Below are positions 36,340-46,805 of a stretch of 64,000 nt of DNA, in pieces (positions within the stretch are counted from its first letter, which is position 1; the number at the start of each line of letters is the position of its first letter). Under the pieces are notes generated by a model, which made no database searches, was not told the origin of the DNA, and was given only the letters and a program-made list of their open reading frames with translations. The translations under genes were made by a program, and so were the position numbers. The stretch is from Bacilli bacterium (lineage in GTDB: Bacteria; Bacillota_I; Bacilli_A; RF39; UBA660), in the NCBI GenBank assembly GCA_017398945.1, contig JAFQES010000027.1, positions 771 through 64,770 of the forward strand, in the 5' to 3' direction.

Positions 36340-36873
36340 TTAGCAAGAAATATCCACTTTGTTAGCAATTAATGAAGAAAGTAATTTAGCAACTACTAAA
36401 TAATTAGTATCTATTTGATTTTTACTATATAAAATTACTAACCCTAAAGAATTACCATCACTAATTACAGGAAATATCATATAATATCCAATTAATTCTT
36501 TATTTTCAAAAAAATATTTATCTAGTTCTTTACTAACTTTGTTTTGTCTTTCATCAATTATTGCTTTTAAATTATTATCTAGTTGTTTATTTAAAAATTC
36601 ATTTTTAATATTACTTCCTGCACAAGCTATAACTTTATCACGATCAGTAACAATGATATCTAAATCAGTTATATTATTAGTTGAATTTACTAAATCATTT
36701 ATAAATCCTTGATAATTATTTACTAAAGAATGCTTTCTTAATTTAATATCATCATCATCTATTATTATTTCTAAATTTTCGCCATCTCTAATTCCCATAG
36801 TCTTTCTTATCTCTTTAGGAATAACAATTCTTCCTAAATCATCTATTTTTCTAAATACTCCAGTAGATTTCAC
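36340..36873 (-). CDS. spoVT: Stage V sporulation protein T (AbrB-type N-domain plus GAF-like domain)
   Basis: 177 aa. MKSTGVFRKIDDLGRIVIPKEIRKTMGIRDGENLEI. Confidence 0.88.
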   Translation of the reverse strand: MKSTGVFRKIDDLGRIVIPKEIRKTMGIRDGENLEIIIDDDDIKLRKHSLVNNYQGFINDLVNSTNNITDLDIIVTDRDKVIACAGSNIKNEFLNKQLDNNLKAIIDERQNKVSKELDKYFFENKELIGYYMIFPVISDGNSLGLVILYSKNQIDTNYLVVAKLLSSLIANKVDISC

Positions 36874-36983
36874 TACGTTAATTCACTCCATTCTAATTAT
36901 AGTGTTAACTTTTGTTAAGTATTTATACTTTTATTTGAATTAAATAAAGAAGATATTTATACTTATTATGAAAGGTGGTTTAT

Positions 36984-37460
36984 ATGACAGTAGAAGCTAT
37001 TGTAGAAATTCCTATGGGAACCAGAAATAAATATGAAGTTGATCATGAATCAGGAAAAATAAAATTAGATAGAGTTTTATATAGTAGTGTCTCATATCCT
37101 TGTGAATATGGATTTATTGATAAAACATTAAGTGGTGATGGCGATCCATTAGATATCTTAGTATTATCAACATCTCAAACTTTTCCGGGTTGTATAATTA
37201 AAGCAAGAGTTTTGGGGTATATGGAAGTTTATGATAATAACATGACTGATGAAAAAGTTATAAGTGTAGTTGACACTGACCCAAGATGGGATCATATCCA
37301 AAAACTTGAGGATCTACCGGAACACACTCTAAAAGAAATTCGTGAATTTTTTAAAACTTACAAACATTTACAAAACATTGACGTAGAAACTGGTAACCTT
37401 CACGGCTTAGAAGAAACTATAAAATTAATTGAAGAATGCCGTCATAACTACAAAGGATAA
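36984..37460 (+). CDS. ppa: Inorganic pyrophosphatase, family I
   Basis: EIPMGTRNKYEVD, YPCEYGFI, GDGDPLDILV. The start is taken at the ATG after AAAGGTGG. Confidence 0.92.
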   Translation: MTVEAIVEIPMGTRNKYEVDHESGKIKLDRVLYSSVSYPCEYGFIDKTLSGDGDPLDILVLSTSQTFPGCIIKARVLGYMEVYDNNMTDEKVISVVDTDPRWDHIQKLEDLPEHTLKEIREFFKTYKHLQNIDVETGNLHGLEETIKLIEECRHNYKG

Positions 37461-37488
37461 GATAATTTATAAAATTGTAAAAAAAAGT

Positions 37489-37524
37489 AAACGCTAGGTC
37501 ATACCTTGATCCTAGCGTTTTTTC
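37489..37524. terminator. Bidirectional terminator between ppa and mfd
   Basis: AAACGCTAGG...CCTAGCGTTT, flanked by an A-run upstream and a T-run downstream. Confidence 0.65.
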
Positions 37525-37536
37525 ATTTACGTAAAA

Positions 37537-40500
37537 TTAATTACTAATTTTTTCTAATAATTCAACTAAATAATATATAAAATGTTTGTCTAATTGTTTA
37601 ATTGGAAGCGATATTATAATTCGTTTATTAAAATATTTAAATTGAAATTTAGGAGTTATAGAATAAGCTTCTAAAAATAATTTATCTCCTTTAATGTTGG
37701 CACTTATATCTTCTGGAATTTCGATAGTTATTAAACGATCAGTTTGGGAAACTTTTGTAATATTAAATTTACTAGCTAATTTTTCAAACCATTCTTCATA
37801 CATGTAAATAACTAATTCTTCACTTATTTTACCAAATCGATCTTCTAATTCATTTTTAACATCAATTAATTTATTATATGAATCTATTTCATTAATCTTT
37901 TGATGAATTTCAATTTTTAAATCTTCATCAGAAACATAATTATCACTAATATGTGTTTCTACATTTATTAAAGAAGGTTTCTCGGTTTCTTCATAAACCT
38001 CTTCGCCATTTTGGCGTTTAATCTCATCTTCAACCATTTTTAAATATAAAGAAATACCAACACTATCAACAAATCCCGCTTGCTCACTTCCCAAGATATC
38101 TCCAGCGCCACGGATTGCTAAATCTCGCATCGCTATCTTGTACCCACTACCAAGTTCCGTAAATTCTTTAATAGCTTGCAGACGTTTTACCGCAATATCA
38201 TTTAGTACTTTCCTATTATCATAGAAAAGATAAGCATACGCAATACGATCGCTTCTTCCAACTCTCCCTCGTAACTGATATAACTGACTTAAACCAAAAT
38301 GATCAGCATCAAATACTAATAAAGTATTGGTATTAGGTATATCAATACCCGTTTCAATAATCGTAGTACATAATAAAATATCATATTTATAATCAATGAA
38401 ATCTTCCATTATTTTTTCCAACTCTTGTTTAGACATTTTCCCATGAGCACTTATAATTCTTGCTTCTGGCACTAATTTTTGTAAATGCAAGAGTTTATTT
38501 TCCATCTTACCGATATTATTATATAAAATAAATACTTGGCCATTTCTAGCTAACTCTTTATATATTGCATCCTTAATTATTAAATCATTTTCAGCGACTA
38601 CATAAGTCTGAATTGGATATCTGTTTACGGGAGCAGTATCAATTACTGTTAAATCCCGAAGCCCGCTTAAAGCCATTTTTAAAGTTCGCGGAATTGGCGT
38701 AGCTGATAACGTTAAAACATTAACATCATTTTTGTATTCTTTAATTTTTTCTTTATGAGTTACACCAAACCGTTGTTCTTCATCCACTACTAAAAGTCCC
38801 AACTTCTTAAATTTAACATCTTTACTTAATAAGCGATGAGTTCCAAATACTATATCAATAGTTCCATTTTCTAAGCCTTTTAAAATACGTTCTTTTTCTT
38901 TTGGTGTTGTAAATCTATTTAATAAAGCTATTTCAATAGGATAACTTTTAAATCTTTCTATCGCATTTTCATATTGTTGTTTTGATAAAATTGTTGTTGG
39001 ACATAAATAAAATACTTGTTTATTATTCAATACTGCTTTAAATATCGCTCTAAAGGCTACCTCAGTTTTCCCGAAACCAACATCTCCACACAATAGCCTA
39101 TCCATTGGTTTAGAACTTTTTAAATCCATATCTATTTCTGAAATAGCTTTTATTTGATCAGCTGTTTCAGTATATGGAAACTCATTGGCAAACAAGACTT
39201 CTTCTTCGTATGTTTTATATTTTTCATTTTCTAGCATATTTCTAGCAGCATACAACTTGATTAATTCCTCTGATATATCTCTAATTTTTTTAGTTAATGA
39301 TCTTTTTGTCTTTTCCCAACTAACAGAATTTAATTTATTTAACTTAGGGGCACTACCCTCGTTTGCACTATATTTAAAAACATTACTAATATTTTCCACT
39401 GGAACATAAATCTTATCATTTCCTTGATAATTTATTTGTAAATAATCTTTTTTTAAGCCATTTCTTTCTAAAGTTATTAAACCCGCATACACACCTATTC
39501 CATGCATACTATGAACAACATAGTCTCCTATTTCTAATTGTTCATAATCCTTAATTTTTCTTCCTAAACGATAATTATTACGATATTTAATAACACTATT
39601 TTTAGATTTATCTAGATCATTTTCTCCAATTACAACATATTTATCAAGTATAAAACCATTATTTATTTTTTTCTTTATTATTTTAATGTTCCCTAAATTT
39701 AATTCTTTAATAGCTTTAATCTCGCTATCAGTTGATAAACAAAAAATTACTTCTTTTCCCGCATTTAAATATTTATCAACTTCTTTAGCTAAATAATCGT
39801 AATCACCATCAAACGGGATTATCGTTTTAGCCCCAAGATTAACATTTACATCACTATCCACATTTTCCAAAGTATCTAAATAAATTACTTCTTTTTCTAT
39901 GATTTCATCTAAATAAAACATATATTTTTCCATATGATTATCTTTAGTTTCACAATATTCAACAATATCACTTTGAAGTTTTAAATTACTAGCGTTAATT
40001 TGTTGTTCGTTTATCTTAATTACTAATGGGTTATCACAACAATCATATAACGAACTATTGATAGAGGTAGTTATTTCGTCAACTGGATAAATATTTATAG
40101 ATTCTATTGTATCTAAAGATCGTTGCGTCTTTTCATCAAAATATCTAATAGATTCTACTTCATTACCAAAAAACTCTATTCTTACCGGATGATTTTCGCT
40201 AAACAAAAAAGCATCTACAACAAAGCCTCGAACCGCAAATTCTCCTGTTGAAGTAACAATAGAATCCTTGGTATAACCTAAATCTACCAAGTTTTCTACT
40301 AATGTATCGCGATTAATATTTTCTCCTTTTGAAATTGTATATATTTTATTACTTTCAACGTGTGGTAAAAATTTTAAATAACCCATCAAGTTAGTAACAA
40401 TTATTTTAGGTGTTGATAAACTATTTAAAGTTTCTAATCTTGTCATTTTAAGTTCAGGTGACACCGCTAATGCTACCGATGTAACAAAATCGTCCATTGG

Positions 40501-40698
40501 AAACAATAAAACGTCATCCGTATGAGTTTTAATCTTTTGATATAACTTGTTAGCTTCATATAATGAACTTACCAATACAATTATATGCTTATTTGTCTTT
40601 TGAAATGCTTTTAGAACGTAAAAAATGCTTAACTCTTCAGTTAAACCACCTATCTTAAGTCCAGATTCCACTTTTAAATAATCATCCAAAAAGTCCAT
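37537..40698 (-). CDS. mfd: Transcription-repair coupling factor
   Basis: 1053 aa. Helicase motifs are GDVGFGKTEVA, VVDEEQRFG and LSATPIPRT, plus the CarD-like region DYVVHSMHGIG. Confidence 0.95.
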   Translation of the reverse strand: MDFLDDYLKVESGLKIGGLTEELSIFYVLKAFQKTNKHIIVLVSSLYEANKLYQKIKTHTDDVLLFPMDDFVTSVALAVSPELKMTRLETLNSLSTPKIIVTNLMGYLKFLPHVESNKIYTISKGENINRDTLVENLVDLGYTKDSIVTSTGEFAVRGFVVDAFLFSENHPVRIEFFGNEVESIRYFDEKTQRSLDTIESINIYPVDEITTSINSSLYDCCDNPLVIKINEQQINASNLKLQSDIVEYCETKDNHMEKYMFYLDEIIEKEVIYLDTLENVDSDVNVNLGAKTIIPFDGDYDYLAKEVDKYLNAGKEVIFCLSTDSEIKAIKELNLGNIKIIKKKINNGFILDKYVVIGENDLDKSKNSVIKYRNNYRLGRKIKDYEQLEIGDYVVHSMHGIGVYAGLITLERNGLKKDYLQINYQGNDKIYVPVENISNVFKYSANEGSAPKLNKLNSVSWEKTKRSLTKKIRDISEELIKLYAARNMLENEKYKTYEEEVLFANEFPYTETADQIKAISEIDMDLKSSKPMDRLLCGDVGFGKTEVAFRAIFKAVLNNKQVFYLCPTTILSKQQYENAIERFKSYPIEIALLNRFTTPKEKERILKGLENGTIDIVFGTHRLLSKDVKFKKLGLLVVDEEQRFGVTHKEKIKEYKNDVNVLTLSATPIPRTLKMALSGLRDLTVIDTAPVNRYPIQTYVVAENDLIIKDAIYKELARNGQVFILYNNIGKMENKLLHLQKLVPEARIISAHGKMSKQELEKIMEDFIDYKYDILLCTTIIETGIDIPNTNTLLVFDADHFGLSQLYQLRGRVGRSDRIAYAYLFYDNRKVLNDIAVKRLQAIKEFTELGSGYKIAMRDLAIRGAGDILGSEQAGFVDSVGISLYLKMVEDEIKRQNGEEVYEETEKPSLINVETHISDNYVSDEDLKIEIHQKINEIDSYNKLIDVKNELEDRFGKISEELVIYMYEEWFEKLASKFNITKVSQTDRLITIEIPEDISANIKGDKLFLEAYSITPKFQFKYFNKRIIISLPIKQLDKHFIYYLVELLEKISN

Positions 40699-41253
40699 TT
40701 ACTCACCTTTTTTATTATAGTTCATCATCGCTTTTTCAATACCATCAGATATAAAGGTTTCAATTATTTTATTAAATATTGGATATAAATCATTTATCTT
40801 TTCTATTTCTGCTTTAGAAAACTTTCCTAAAACATAATCCTTAACATCACCATTTGCTTTAGATATACCAACTTTTAATCTTGCAAACGCTTCTGAATGA
40901 AGATTACTAATAATTGATTTAATTCCATTATGTCCACCAGATGAACTATTTTTCTTAAGTTTATAAGTTCCAAAAGCTAAATCTAAATCATCGTGAATTA
41001 TTAAAATATCATTTATATCCACATCATAATAATTAGCTATTTCTCTAACAGCTAGACCAGAATTATTCATATAAGTAAGAGGTTTTACAAATAAAACCTT
41101 TTGACCAGATATATTTGTACTATAAATTAAACTATTATGTTTTTTCGTCCAATTTAAGTTATCAACAAAGTTATCCACAATCATAAATCCAATATTATGT
41201 CTTGTATTTTCATATTCCTTATCAGGATTACCTAATCCTACAATCAGTTTCAT
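40699..41253 (-). CDS. pth: Peptidyl-tRNA hydrolase
   Basis: 184 aa. MKLIVGLGNPDKEYENTRHNIGF and GGHNGIKS. Confidence 0.95.
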   Translation of the reverse strand: MKLIVGLGNPDKEYENTRHNIGFMIVDNFVDNLNWTKKHNSLIYSTNISGQKVLFVKPLTYMNNSGLAVREIANYYDVDINDILIIHDDLDLAFGTYKLKKNSSSGGHNGIKSIISNLHSEAFARLKVGISKANGDVKDYVLGKFSKAEIEKINDLYPIFNKIIETFISDGIEKAMMNYNKKGE

Positions 41254-41264
41254 ATTGTAACCTC

Positions 41265-41960
41265 CTAATCAAATATATTTTTATAAGTCTTTAAGTCTTG
41301 AACATCAAGACATTTTACTTTTACCCCTAGCTTTCCTTTTTTTACGGCTTTAATTAATACTAAAGCTAATTCAGCAGATTTATTAGTCTTAATAAAAACT
41401 AATTCTTTTATAGCAATGCCATAATTATTTAAAATAATCGTTAATTCTGTAAGTCGATCTGCTCGATGAACCATGTATGAACAGCCATTATCTTTTAATA
41501 AATAATTTATTTGCCAACAAAGTTCTTCTAAACTAACTTTTATCTCATGACGAGATATCGCTTTTTCTTCCACTTCATTTATAAGAGCATTTTTATTATA
41601 TTTAAAAAACGGCGGATTGCAAGATACAACATCAAAATTATTTCCCGGGAAATAATTTTTTACATTTTTAACATCATCATTTATTATTTTGATTTGTTCT
41701 TGTAAATTATTATAAGTAATTGAATCAATTGCATTATTATATACATTATTTTGAATTTCTATTCCATATATCTCATTATCATACTTTGTTGATAAAATCA
41801 ATGGTATAGGGGCATTACCTGTGCATAGATCAATAATTTTATCATTATTCTTTAATTTAATATATTCAGCTAGCAAGATAGAATCTAAAGAAAATTTAAA
41901 ATAATCCTCATCTTGATAAATTTTTAAATTATAATCATATAAATCATTTAATATCTTCAT
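41265..41960 (-). CDS. SAM-dependent N6-adenine methyltransferase (TrmN6/YfiC/YabB-like)
   Basis: 231 aa. IIDLCTGNA and SCNPPFFKY (NPPF motif). It contains one copy of the CCCGGG-centred palindrome. Confidence 0.7.
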   Translation of the reverse strand: MKILNDLYDYNLKIYQDEDYFKFSLDSILLAEYIKLKNNDKIIDLCTGNAPIPLILSTKYDNEIYGIEIQNNVYNNAIDSITYNNLQEQIKIINDDVKNVKNYFPGNNFDVVSCNPPFFKYNKNALINEVEEKAISRHEIKVSLEELCWQINYLLKDNGCSYMVHRADRLTELTIILNNYGIAIKELVFIKTNKSAELALVLIKAVKKGKLGVKVKCLDVQDLKTYKNIFD

Positions 41961-42735
41961 AAGGATAACTTATTTCTTTCTTTTCATTTCCGACTAAAAC
42001 AGTAACTTCTCTTTTTAAAATATTTACAGAGATTACTTGAGCAAATTCTCCATCAACATTAATCTTTTGACCAACTGAAGGTAATCCTTTATTACATCTT
42101 TTATATTCTTCATCTTCATACGTTAAACAACAAAGAAGTCTTGAACACATTCCATTAATCTTTTGGGGATTTAAAGAAACGCCTTGATTTTTGGCCATAT
42201 TCATTGAAACAGAATCAATATGTTGTAAAAAGTTACTACAACATAGTACTTGTCCACATGGACCAATCCCAGCAATTTCTCTTGCTTTATCACGAGCTCC
42301 AATTTGGCGTAATTCTATTCTTGTTTTATAAATAGCAGCTAGCTTTTTAGCAAGTTCACGAAAATCAATTCTTTCATCAGCTACAAAATTAAACAATAAT
42401 TGCTTACGATCAAAAGTAAATACGACATTTATGATATCCATATCTAAATTTAACTCTTTAACCAAAGACTTTGCTTTTTTTAAAGCAGCTGTAGCATCCT
42501 TACAATTTTTTAAATATGTATCATAATCTTTATCAGTAGCAATTCTTATTATTTCTTTGATTTCAGCAACTGGCACTTTATTTTGATCTTCATTTACTTT
42601 GTTAACAACTTTTCCAAATTGTTCTCCCTTTTCAGTTTCAACAATTACTTGAGTATCAACTTCAATAGTCTGTTCACTTTTGAAATAATACTTCTTTCCT
42701 CTTTCTTTAAAGATTACTTCATATATATTAATCAT
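41944..42735 (-). CDS. ricT: PSP1-domain regulator RicT/YaaT
   Basis: 263 aa. FKERGKKYYF and the Cys cluster GPCGQVLCCSNFL...CSRLLCCLTYE. Confidence 0.88.
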   Translation of the reverse strand: MINIYEVIFKERGKKYYFKSEQTIEVDTQVIVETEKGEQFGKVVNKVNEDQNKVPVAEIKEIIRIATDKDYDTYLKNCKDATAALKKAKSLVKELNLDMDIINVVFTFDRKQLLFNFVADERIDFRELAKKLAAIYKTRIELRQIGARDKAREIAGIGPCGQVLCCSNFLQHIDSVSMNMAKNQGVSLNPQKINGMCSRLLCCLTYEDEEYKRCNKGLPSVGQKINVDGEFAQVISVNILKREVTVLVGNEKKEISYPYEDIK

Positions 42736-43493
42736 TTTACTTCACTCATCTCTATTATAAACTCTTCAAGCAAAAGTTCCATATTTACATTATACTTTAT
42801 TTTTTCTAGAAAGCGATGGTAAATTTTAACTTTTCTTAAATTAAATTCTTTCCCTTTTTCTAATTCATCATGTAATAAATAACTAAATATATGTTTTAAA
42901 TCATTTTTATCTTCCAGACTGCCTATATAATCTTTTACATCATAAATCCCCGTAATAGATGATGTTAAATCAAGTAATCTTGTAGCATTCTCTTTTAAAC
43001 CATTATTATCTTCACATATATCAAATTTTTCGGTTAAAATTTGACAACGACTAGTTATTGTTGGTAAAACTAGATCCTTTTTCGTTGTTAAAAGTAAACC
43101 AATAATATTTTCTTCTGGTTCTTCTAAGAACTTAAGTAATGCATTTGCGGCAGTCTGATTTAGTTTGTCCGCTTCAGAAATGATATAAATATTATACTTT
43201 CCAAAAAAAGCTTTAGTGCTAAATTTCTTTTGTAACTCTTCAACTTGTCCTATTTTAATATTAACACCATCAGGAGATATTCGAATAATGTTAGGATGAT
43301 TATCACTATCAATAAAATGACATTGTTGACAGCTATTACAATATTCATTGTCTTCTTCACATAAGATTATTTTTAATATTTCTTTTAATTCTTTTTCAAA
43401 TTCTAATAAATTGTTTGTTTCAATTAAATAAGCGTGAGCTAACTTTTTCTCACGTACTTGATTTAATATAGCTTGTCTAACAAATACTGCCAT
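42732..43493 (-). CDS. holB: DNA polymerase III delta' subunit (short)
   Basis: 253 aa. KLAHAYLIE, CNSCQQC, NALLKFLEEP, TITSRCQ. Confidence 0.8.
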   Translation of the reverse strand: MAVFVRQAILNQVREKKLAHAYLIETNNLLEFEKELKEILKIILCEEDNEYCNSCQQCHFIDSDNHPNIIRISPDGVNIKIGQVEELQKKFSTKAFFGKYNIYIISEADKLNQTAANALLKFLEEPEENIIGLLLTTKKDLVLPTITSRCQILTEKFDICEDNNGLKENATRLLDLTSSITGIYDVKDYIGSLEDKNDLKHIFSYLLHDELEKGKEFNLRKVKIYHRFLEKIKYNVNMELLLEEFIIEMSEVK

Positions 43494-43503
43494 TTAAACC
43501 TCC

Positions 43504-43692
43504 TTATTTAACAATGAAACTCATTATTACCAAAGATAACAAACCTGGAGTTCCTAAACAAGATACTATTCCAATAGAGATTAAATTTACGGGAATATTA
43601 ATATTTATTGAGGAAACTAACAAGTTAAAACTATATAAAAATATAAATGCAAATAATACTCTTTTTAATACTTTAAATAGCACTTTGAACAT
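43504..43692 (-). CDS. bofA: Pro-sigma-K processing inhibitor BofA
   Basis: 62 aa. NINIPVNLISIGIVSCLGTPGLLSLVIMSFI matches the BofA C-terminal pattern. Its position after recR is as in Bacillus. Confidence 0.75.
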   Translation of the reverse strand: MFKVLFKVLKRVLFAFIFLYSFNLLVSSININIPVNLISIGIVSCLGTPGLLSLVIMSFIVK

Positions 43693-43730
43693 ATTCTCAC
43701 CTAGTGAAAATTATGCATTAAATCAATAAA

Positions 43731-44333
43731 TTATTCAGAAATCTTTTTTCTATCAACTAAGGCTTTATCAATAGTTACTGGATCGAGATAATCTATATCA
43801 GCTCCCATCGGAATTCCATAAGATAATCTTGATATTGTGACATTACTATTTTCAAATATTTTTTTCAAATAAAGCATCGTAGTTTCACCTTCTATTGATG
43901 ATTTTAAAGATAATATTAATTCAGGATTTTCCATTTCTTTAACTCTGGATACCAAACTTGCAATGTTAATATCTTCGGGAGAAATATCATCAATTGGAGA
44001 AATTAATCCATTTAAAACATGATATACCCCATTAAAATGACCAGACTTTTCAAATGTAAAAACACTTTTTGAATCTTCAGTAACACATATAACATTTTGT
44101 TCACGACTATCATCACGACAAATATTACAAACGTCTTCATCAGTTAAATGTCCACATATTGAGCATGAATGCAATGATTTTAAATTAACAATTGAAGAAG
44201 CAAAATCATTTATTACATCTTCATCAATAGCCATAGTTGCTAAAGCAAGTCTTTCAGCGTTTTTCTCACCTATACCTGGAAGCTGTTTATAAAACTCCAT
44301 TGTTTCTTCAATTAATTTAGGATAAATTGCCAT
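43731..44333 (-). CDS. recR: Recombination protein RecR
   Basis: 200 aa. LPGIGEKNAERLA, the CSICGHL...CNIC zinc finger, and a Toprim region. Confidence 0.95.
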   Translation of the reverse strand: MAIYPKLIEETMEFYKQLPGIGEKNAERLALATMAIDEDVINDFASSIVNLKSLHSCSICGHLTDEDVCNICRDDSREQNVICVTEDSKSVFTFEKSGHFNGVYHVLNGLISPIDDISPEDINIASLVSRVKEMENPELILSLKSSIEGETTMLYLKKIFENSNVTISRLSYGIPMGADIDYLDPVTIDKALVDRKKISE

Positions 44334-44334
44334 T

Positions 44335-44634
44335 TTAGAATAACCCGTTTAAGCCTTGACTATATGCACCAAGTTTATCATTAATTTCTTTATCAATTTT
44401 TGCTAAAGCATCACTTATAGCAATATTAATCATATCTTCCAACACTTCTTTATCATCTTCATCGATAGTACCTTCTTTTAAAATCTTTAAAGAAACTAGT
44501 TTTCTATCTCCTTTAAATTTAACTTTTACCCATTCAGAATTTCCTTCAAATTCAGTTTTATCAATTTCTTCTTTCTTTTTAGTAATATCACGTTGCATTC
44601 TTTGCGCTTGCGCCATCATACTTTGTAAATTCAT
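44335..44634 (-). CDS. ybaB: Nucleoid-associated protein YbaB/EbfC
   Basis: 99 aa. MMAQAQRMQRDI...V.V...G. Confidence 0.9.
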   Translation of the reverse strand: MNLQSMMAQAQRMQRDITKKKEEIDKTEFEGNSEWVKVKFKGDRKLVSLKILKEGTIDEDDKEVLEDMINIAISDALAKIDKEINDKLGAYSQGLNGLF

Positions 44635-44646
44635 GATTCCATCTCC

Positions 44647-46326
44647 TTAATTAAATTCTATTTTATCCTCTGAAAATATTTCGCTAGCAATATCTGCAAG
44701 TTCATCATTTTCTTTCTCTATATATTGTATATCATCTTCTTCAATAAGAGAATATGTTTTCTTATTTTTTAAATTTTGGATATATTCCTTTTTTTGAACA
44801 ATCCATTCTTCATCAGTTATCGCAACTAATTTTAATTTTTTATTAAAATACTCAGAAGCAACTTCATCAACCTTATTAATATTTAAGTTAACTAATTCTG
44901 CAGTGCCTTTAGATCCCGAAGTTATTATGACATATAAATCAGAAGCTGCAACAACATTAGTATCTACTAAAACTGATAATATTTGAGAATCATTTATATT
45001 ATTAACAAAACTATTCCATTTTTCTTTTAATTCTTCTAAAATTAATTTTTGAGGATTTACAAAACAATTATTGATTCTAATATTTTTCAATTTTTCATAA
45101 TCAGATTCTTCAAAATTATTTCCCGGGAAATAATTTTTATTATCTTCCCTAGAAACTTCGGTCTCTTTATTTTCCTCAACAACCGGAATCTTCTCATTTT
45201 TTTCTATTTCAACATGATTCAAATTATTTCCCGGGAAATAATTTTCACCAACACGATTTACATTGTTAGTAACTTTTTTATCTTCTTTTGAGTTTTCAAT
45301 AGCAACCTCACTGTCAACTGTTGCTAACATTATAGCTTCTAGCAATATGAATGGACTAACATATATATTAGCATCATTAATAGATTGATTTATCTCTAAT
45401 ATTGCTTTCTTTATTTTAGAGATATTAGACGAAGAATATTCGTTTCTGTTTGCTATTAGCATAATCATAAAAATGTTGATTATTTTTTTAGCAACACTTT
45501 TATAATCATACCCTTTAGCTTTTATTTCATCAATAATTTCAATAATCTTAGGATAATCATTAGTTAAAAAAGCATTATTAAGTTGTTCTATCAAAATAGT
45601 ACCAACTATATTATATGAATTTTGAACAATATCTAATGAAATATTATCATATTGAGAGCTGAGTTGATCTAATATTCCTAAAGCATCTCGCATTCCGCCT
45701 TCTGCCAAATTTGCTATTTCGGTTATTGCTTCATCAGAAATTTCAATTTTTTCTTCTTTGCTTACATACTTTAAACGAGAAACCAACGCTGGAAGACTTA
45801 TTTGATGAAAATCAAATCTTTGACATCTCGATAAAATAGTTATTGGGATACATTCGACATTAGTTGTAGCCAATATAAACACCACATTACTAGGCGGTTC
45901 CTCCAACGTTAATAACAAAGCATTAAAAGCGTTTGCTGTTAGCATATGAACTTCATCAATTATATAAACTTTATATTTAGACATCGACGGCGCAAGCTTT
46001 ACATTGTTAATAAGTTCTCTTATCTCATCTACGCCGTTATTAGATGCAGCATCAATTTCAATTATATCTGGGCTTTGGGCAAAACTCTTACACAAATCAC
46101 ACTCGCCACAAGGTCCAGATTCAGAATAATTCAAACAATTTAAAGATTTAGCAAAAACCTTTGCTGTCGTAGTTTTTCCGGTTCCACGAGGTCCCGAAAA
46201 AATATAAGCATGAGCAATCTTTTGCTTATTTATCGCATTCTTTAAAGTCTTTATAATAAAATCTTGATCAATAATATTTTCAAAATTGTTAGGTCTATAT
46301 TTACGATATAATACTTTGTAGTCCAT
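44647..46326 (-). CDS. dnaX: DNA polymerase III subunit gamma/tau
   Basis: 559 aa. YRKYRP, GPRGTGKTT, CGECDLC, YIIDEVHML, SRCQRFDF. The linker region contains two copies of the CCCGGG-centred palindrome. Confidence 0.95.
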   Translation of the reverse strand: MDYKVLYRKYRPNNFENIIDQDFIIKTLKNAINKQKIAHAYIFSGPRGTGKTTTAKVFAKSLNCLNYSESGPCGECDLCKSFAQSPDIIEIDAASNNGVDEIRELINNVKLAPSMSKYKVYIIDEVHMLTANAFNALLLTLEEPPSNVVFILATTNVECIPITILSRCQRFDFHQISLPALVSRLKYVSKEEKIEISDEAITEIANLAEGGMRDALGILDQLSSQYDNISLDIVQNSYNIVGTILIEQLNNAFLTNDYPKIIEIIDEIKAKGYDYKSVAKKIINIFMIMLIANRNEYSSSNISKIKKAILEINQSINDANIYVSPFILLEAIMLATVDSEVAIENSKEDKKVTNNVNRVGENYFPGNNLNHVEIEKNEKIPVVEENKETEVSREDNKNYFPGNNFEESDYEKLKNIRINNCFVNPQKLILEELKEKWNSFVNNINDSQILSVLVDTNVVAASDLYVIITSGSKGTAELVNLNINKVDEVASEYFNKKLKLVAITDEEWIVQKKEYIQNLKNKKTYSLIEEDDIQYIEKENDELADIASEIFSEDKIEFN

Positions 46327-46370
46327 AGTTATTGCTCCTTACCTAATAATTATACCATAGTTCAAAAAGA

Positions 46371-46784
46371 TTATCTTTTATTTTTAAAAGTTTTTTGCAT
46401 AAAATCAACAAGTTCTTGAGAAACATTAGTTTGAACTTTAATGAATTCTGTTTTGTTATACTCTTTTTTTGTGGATAACTTTTCTGAATAAAAATAAACT
46501 TTATTTATTCTAGATTGCTTAATAATCTCACAACACATTGAACAAGGTTTTAACGTCACGTACAAATCACAACCATTAAGGCGCCAATCTTTTAGTTTTT
46601 TAGCAGCTTTTCTTATAGCTAATATTTCAGCATGACCTGTTACATCATGAGATTTTTGTCTTTTATTAAAAGCACAAGAAATTATCTTATTATTTTTAAC
46701 AATTACTGCCGAAACTGGTATTTCATCCCTGTTAAAAGCTTTTTTAGCTAATGTTAATAACTTTTTATCGATTTTTTCTTGCAT
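46371..46784 (-). CDS. tadA: tRNA-specific adenosine deaminase
   Basis: HAEILAI and PCSMCCEII. The start is taken at MQEKIDKK, preceded by AGGAGA. The track's longer ORF overlaps the SRP RNA. Confidence 0.9.
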   Translation of the reverse strand: MQEKIDKKLLTLAKKAFNRDEIPVSAVIVKNNKIISCAFNKRQKSHDVTGHAEILAIRKAAKKLKDWRLNGCDLYVTLKPCSMCCEIIKQSRINKVYFYSEKLSTKKEYNKTEFIKVQTNVSQELVDFMQKTFKNKR

Positions 46785-46805
46785 ATAAATTCTCCTATAA
46801 AAAAA

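Noticed and set aside
45112-45245. dnaX internal repeats considered as a programmed frameshift signal producing the gamma subunit
   Set aside because: There is no slippery A-rich heptamer followed by a stem-loop in the right register. The same palindrome also occurs in an unrelated methyltransferase gene, and the sequence is translated in-frame in all three cases.
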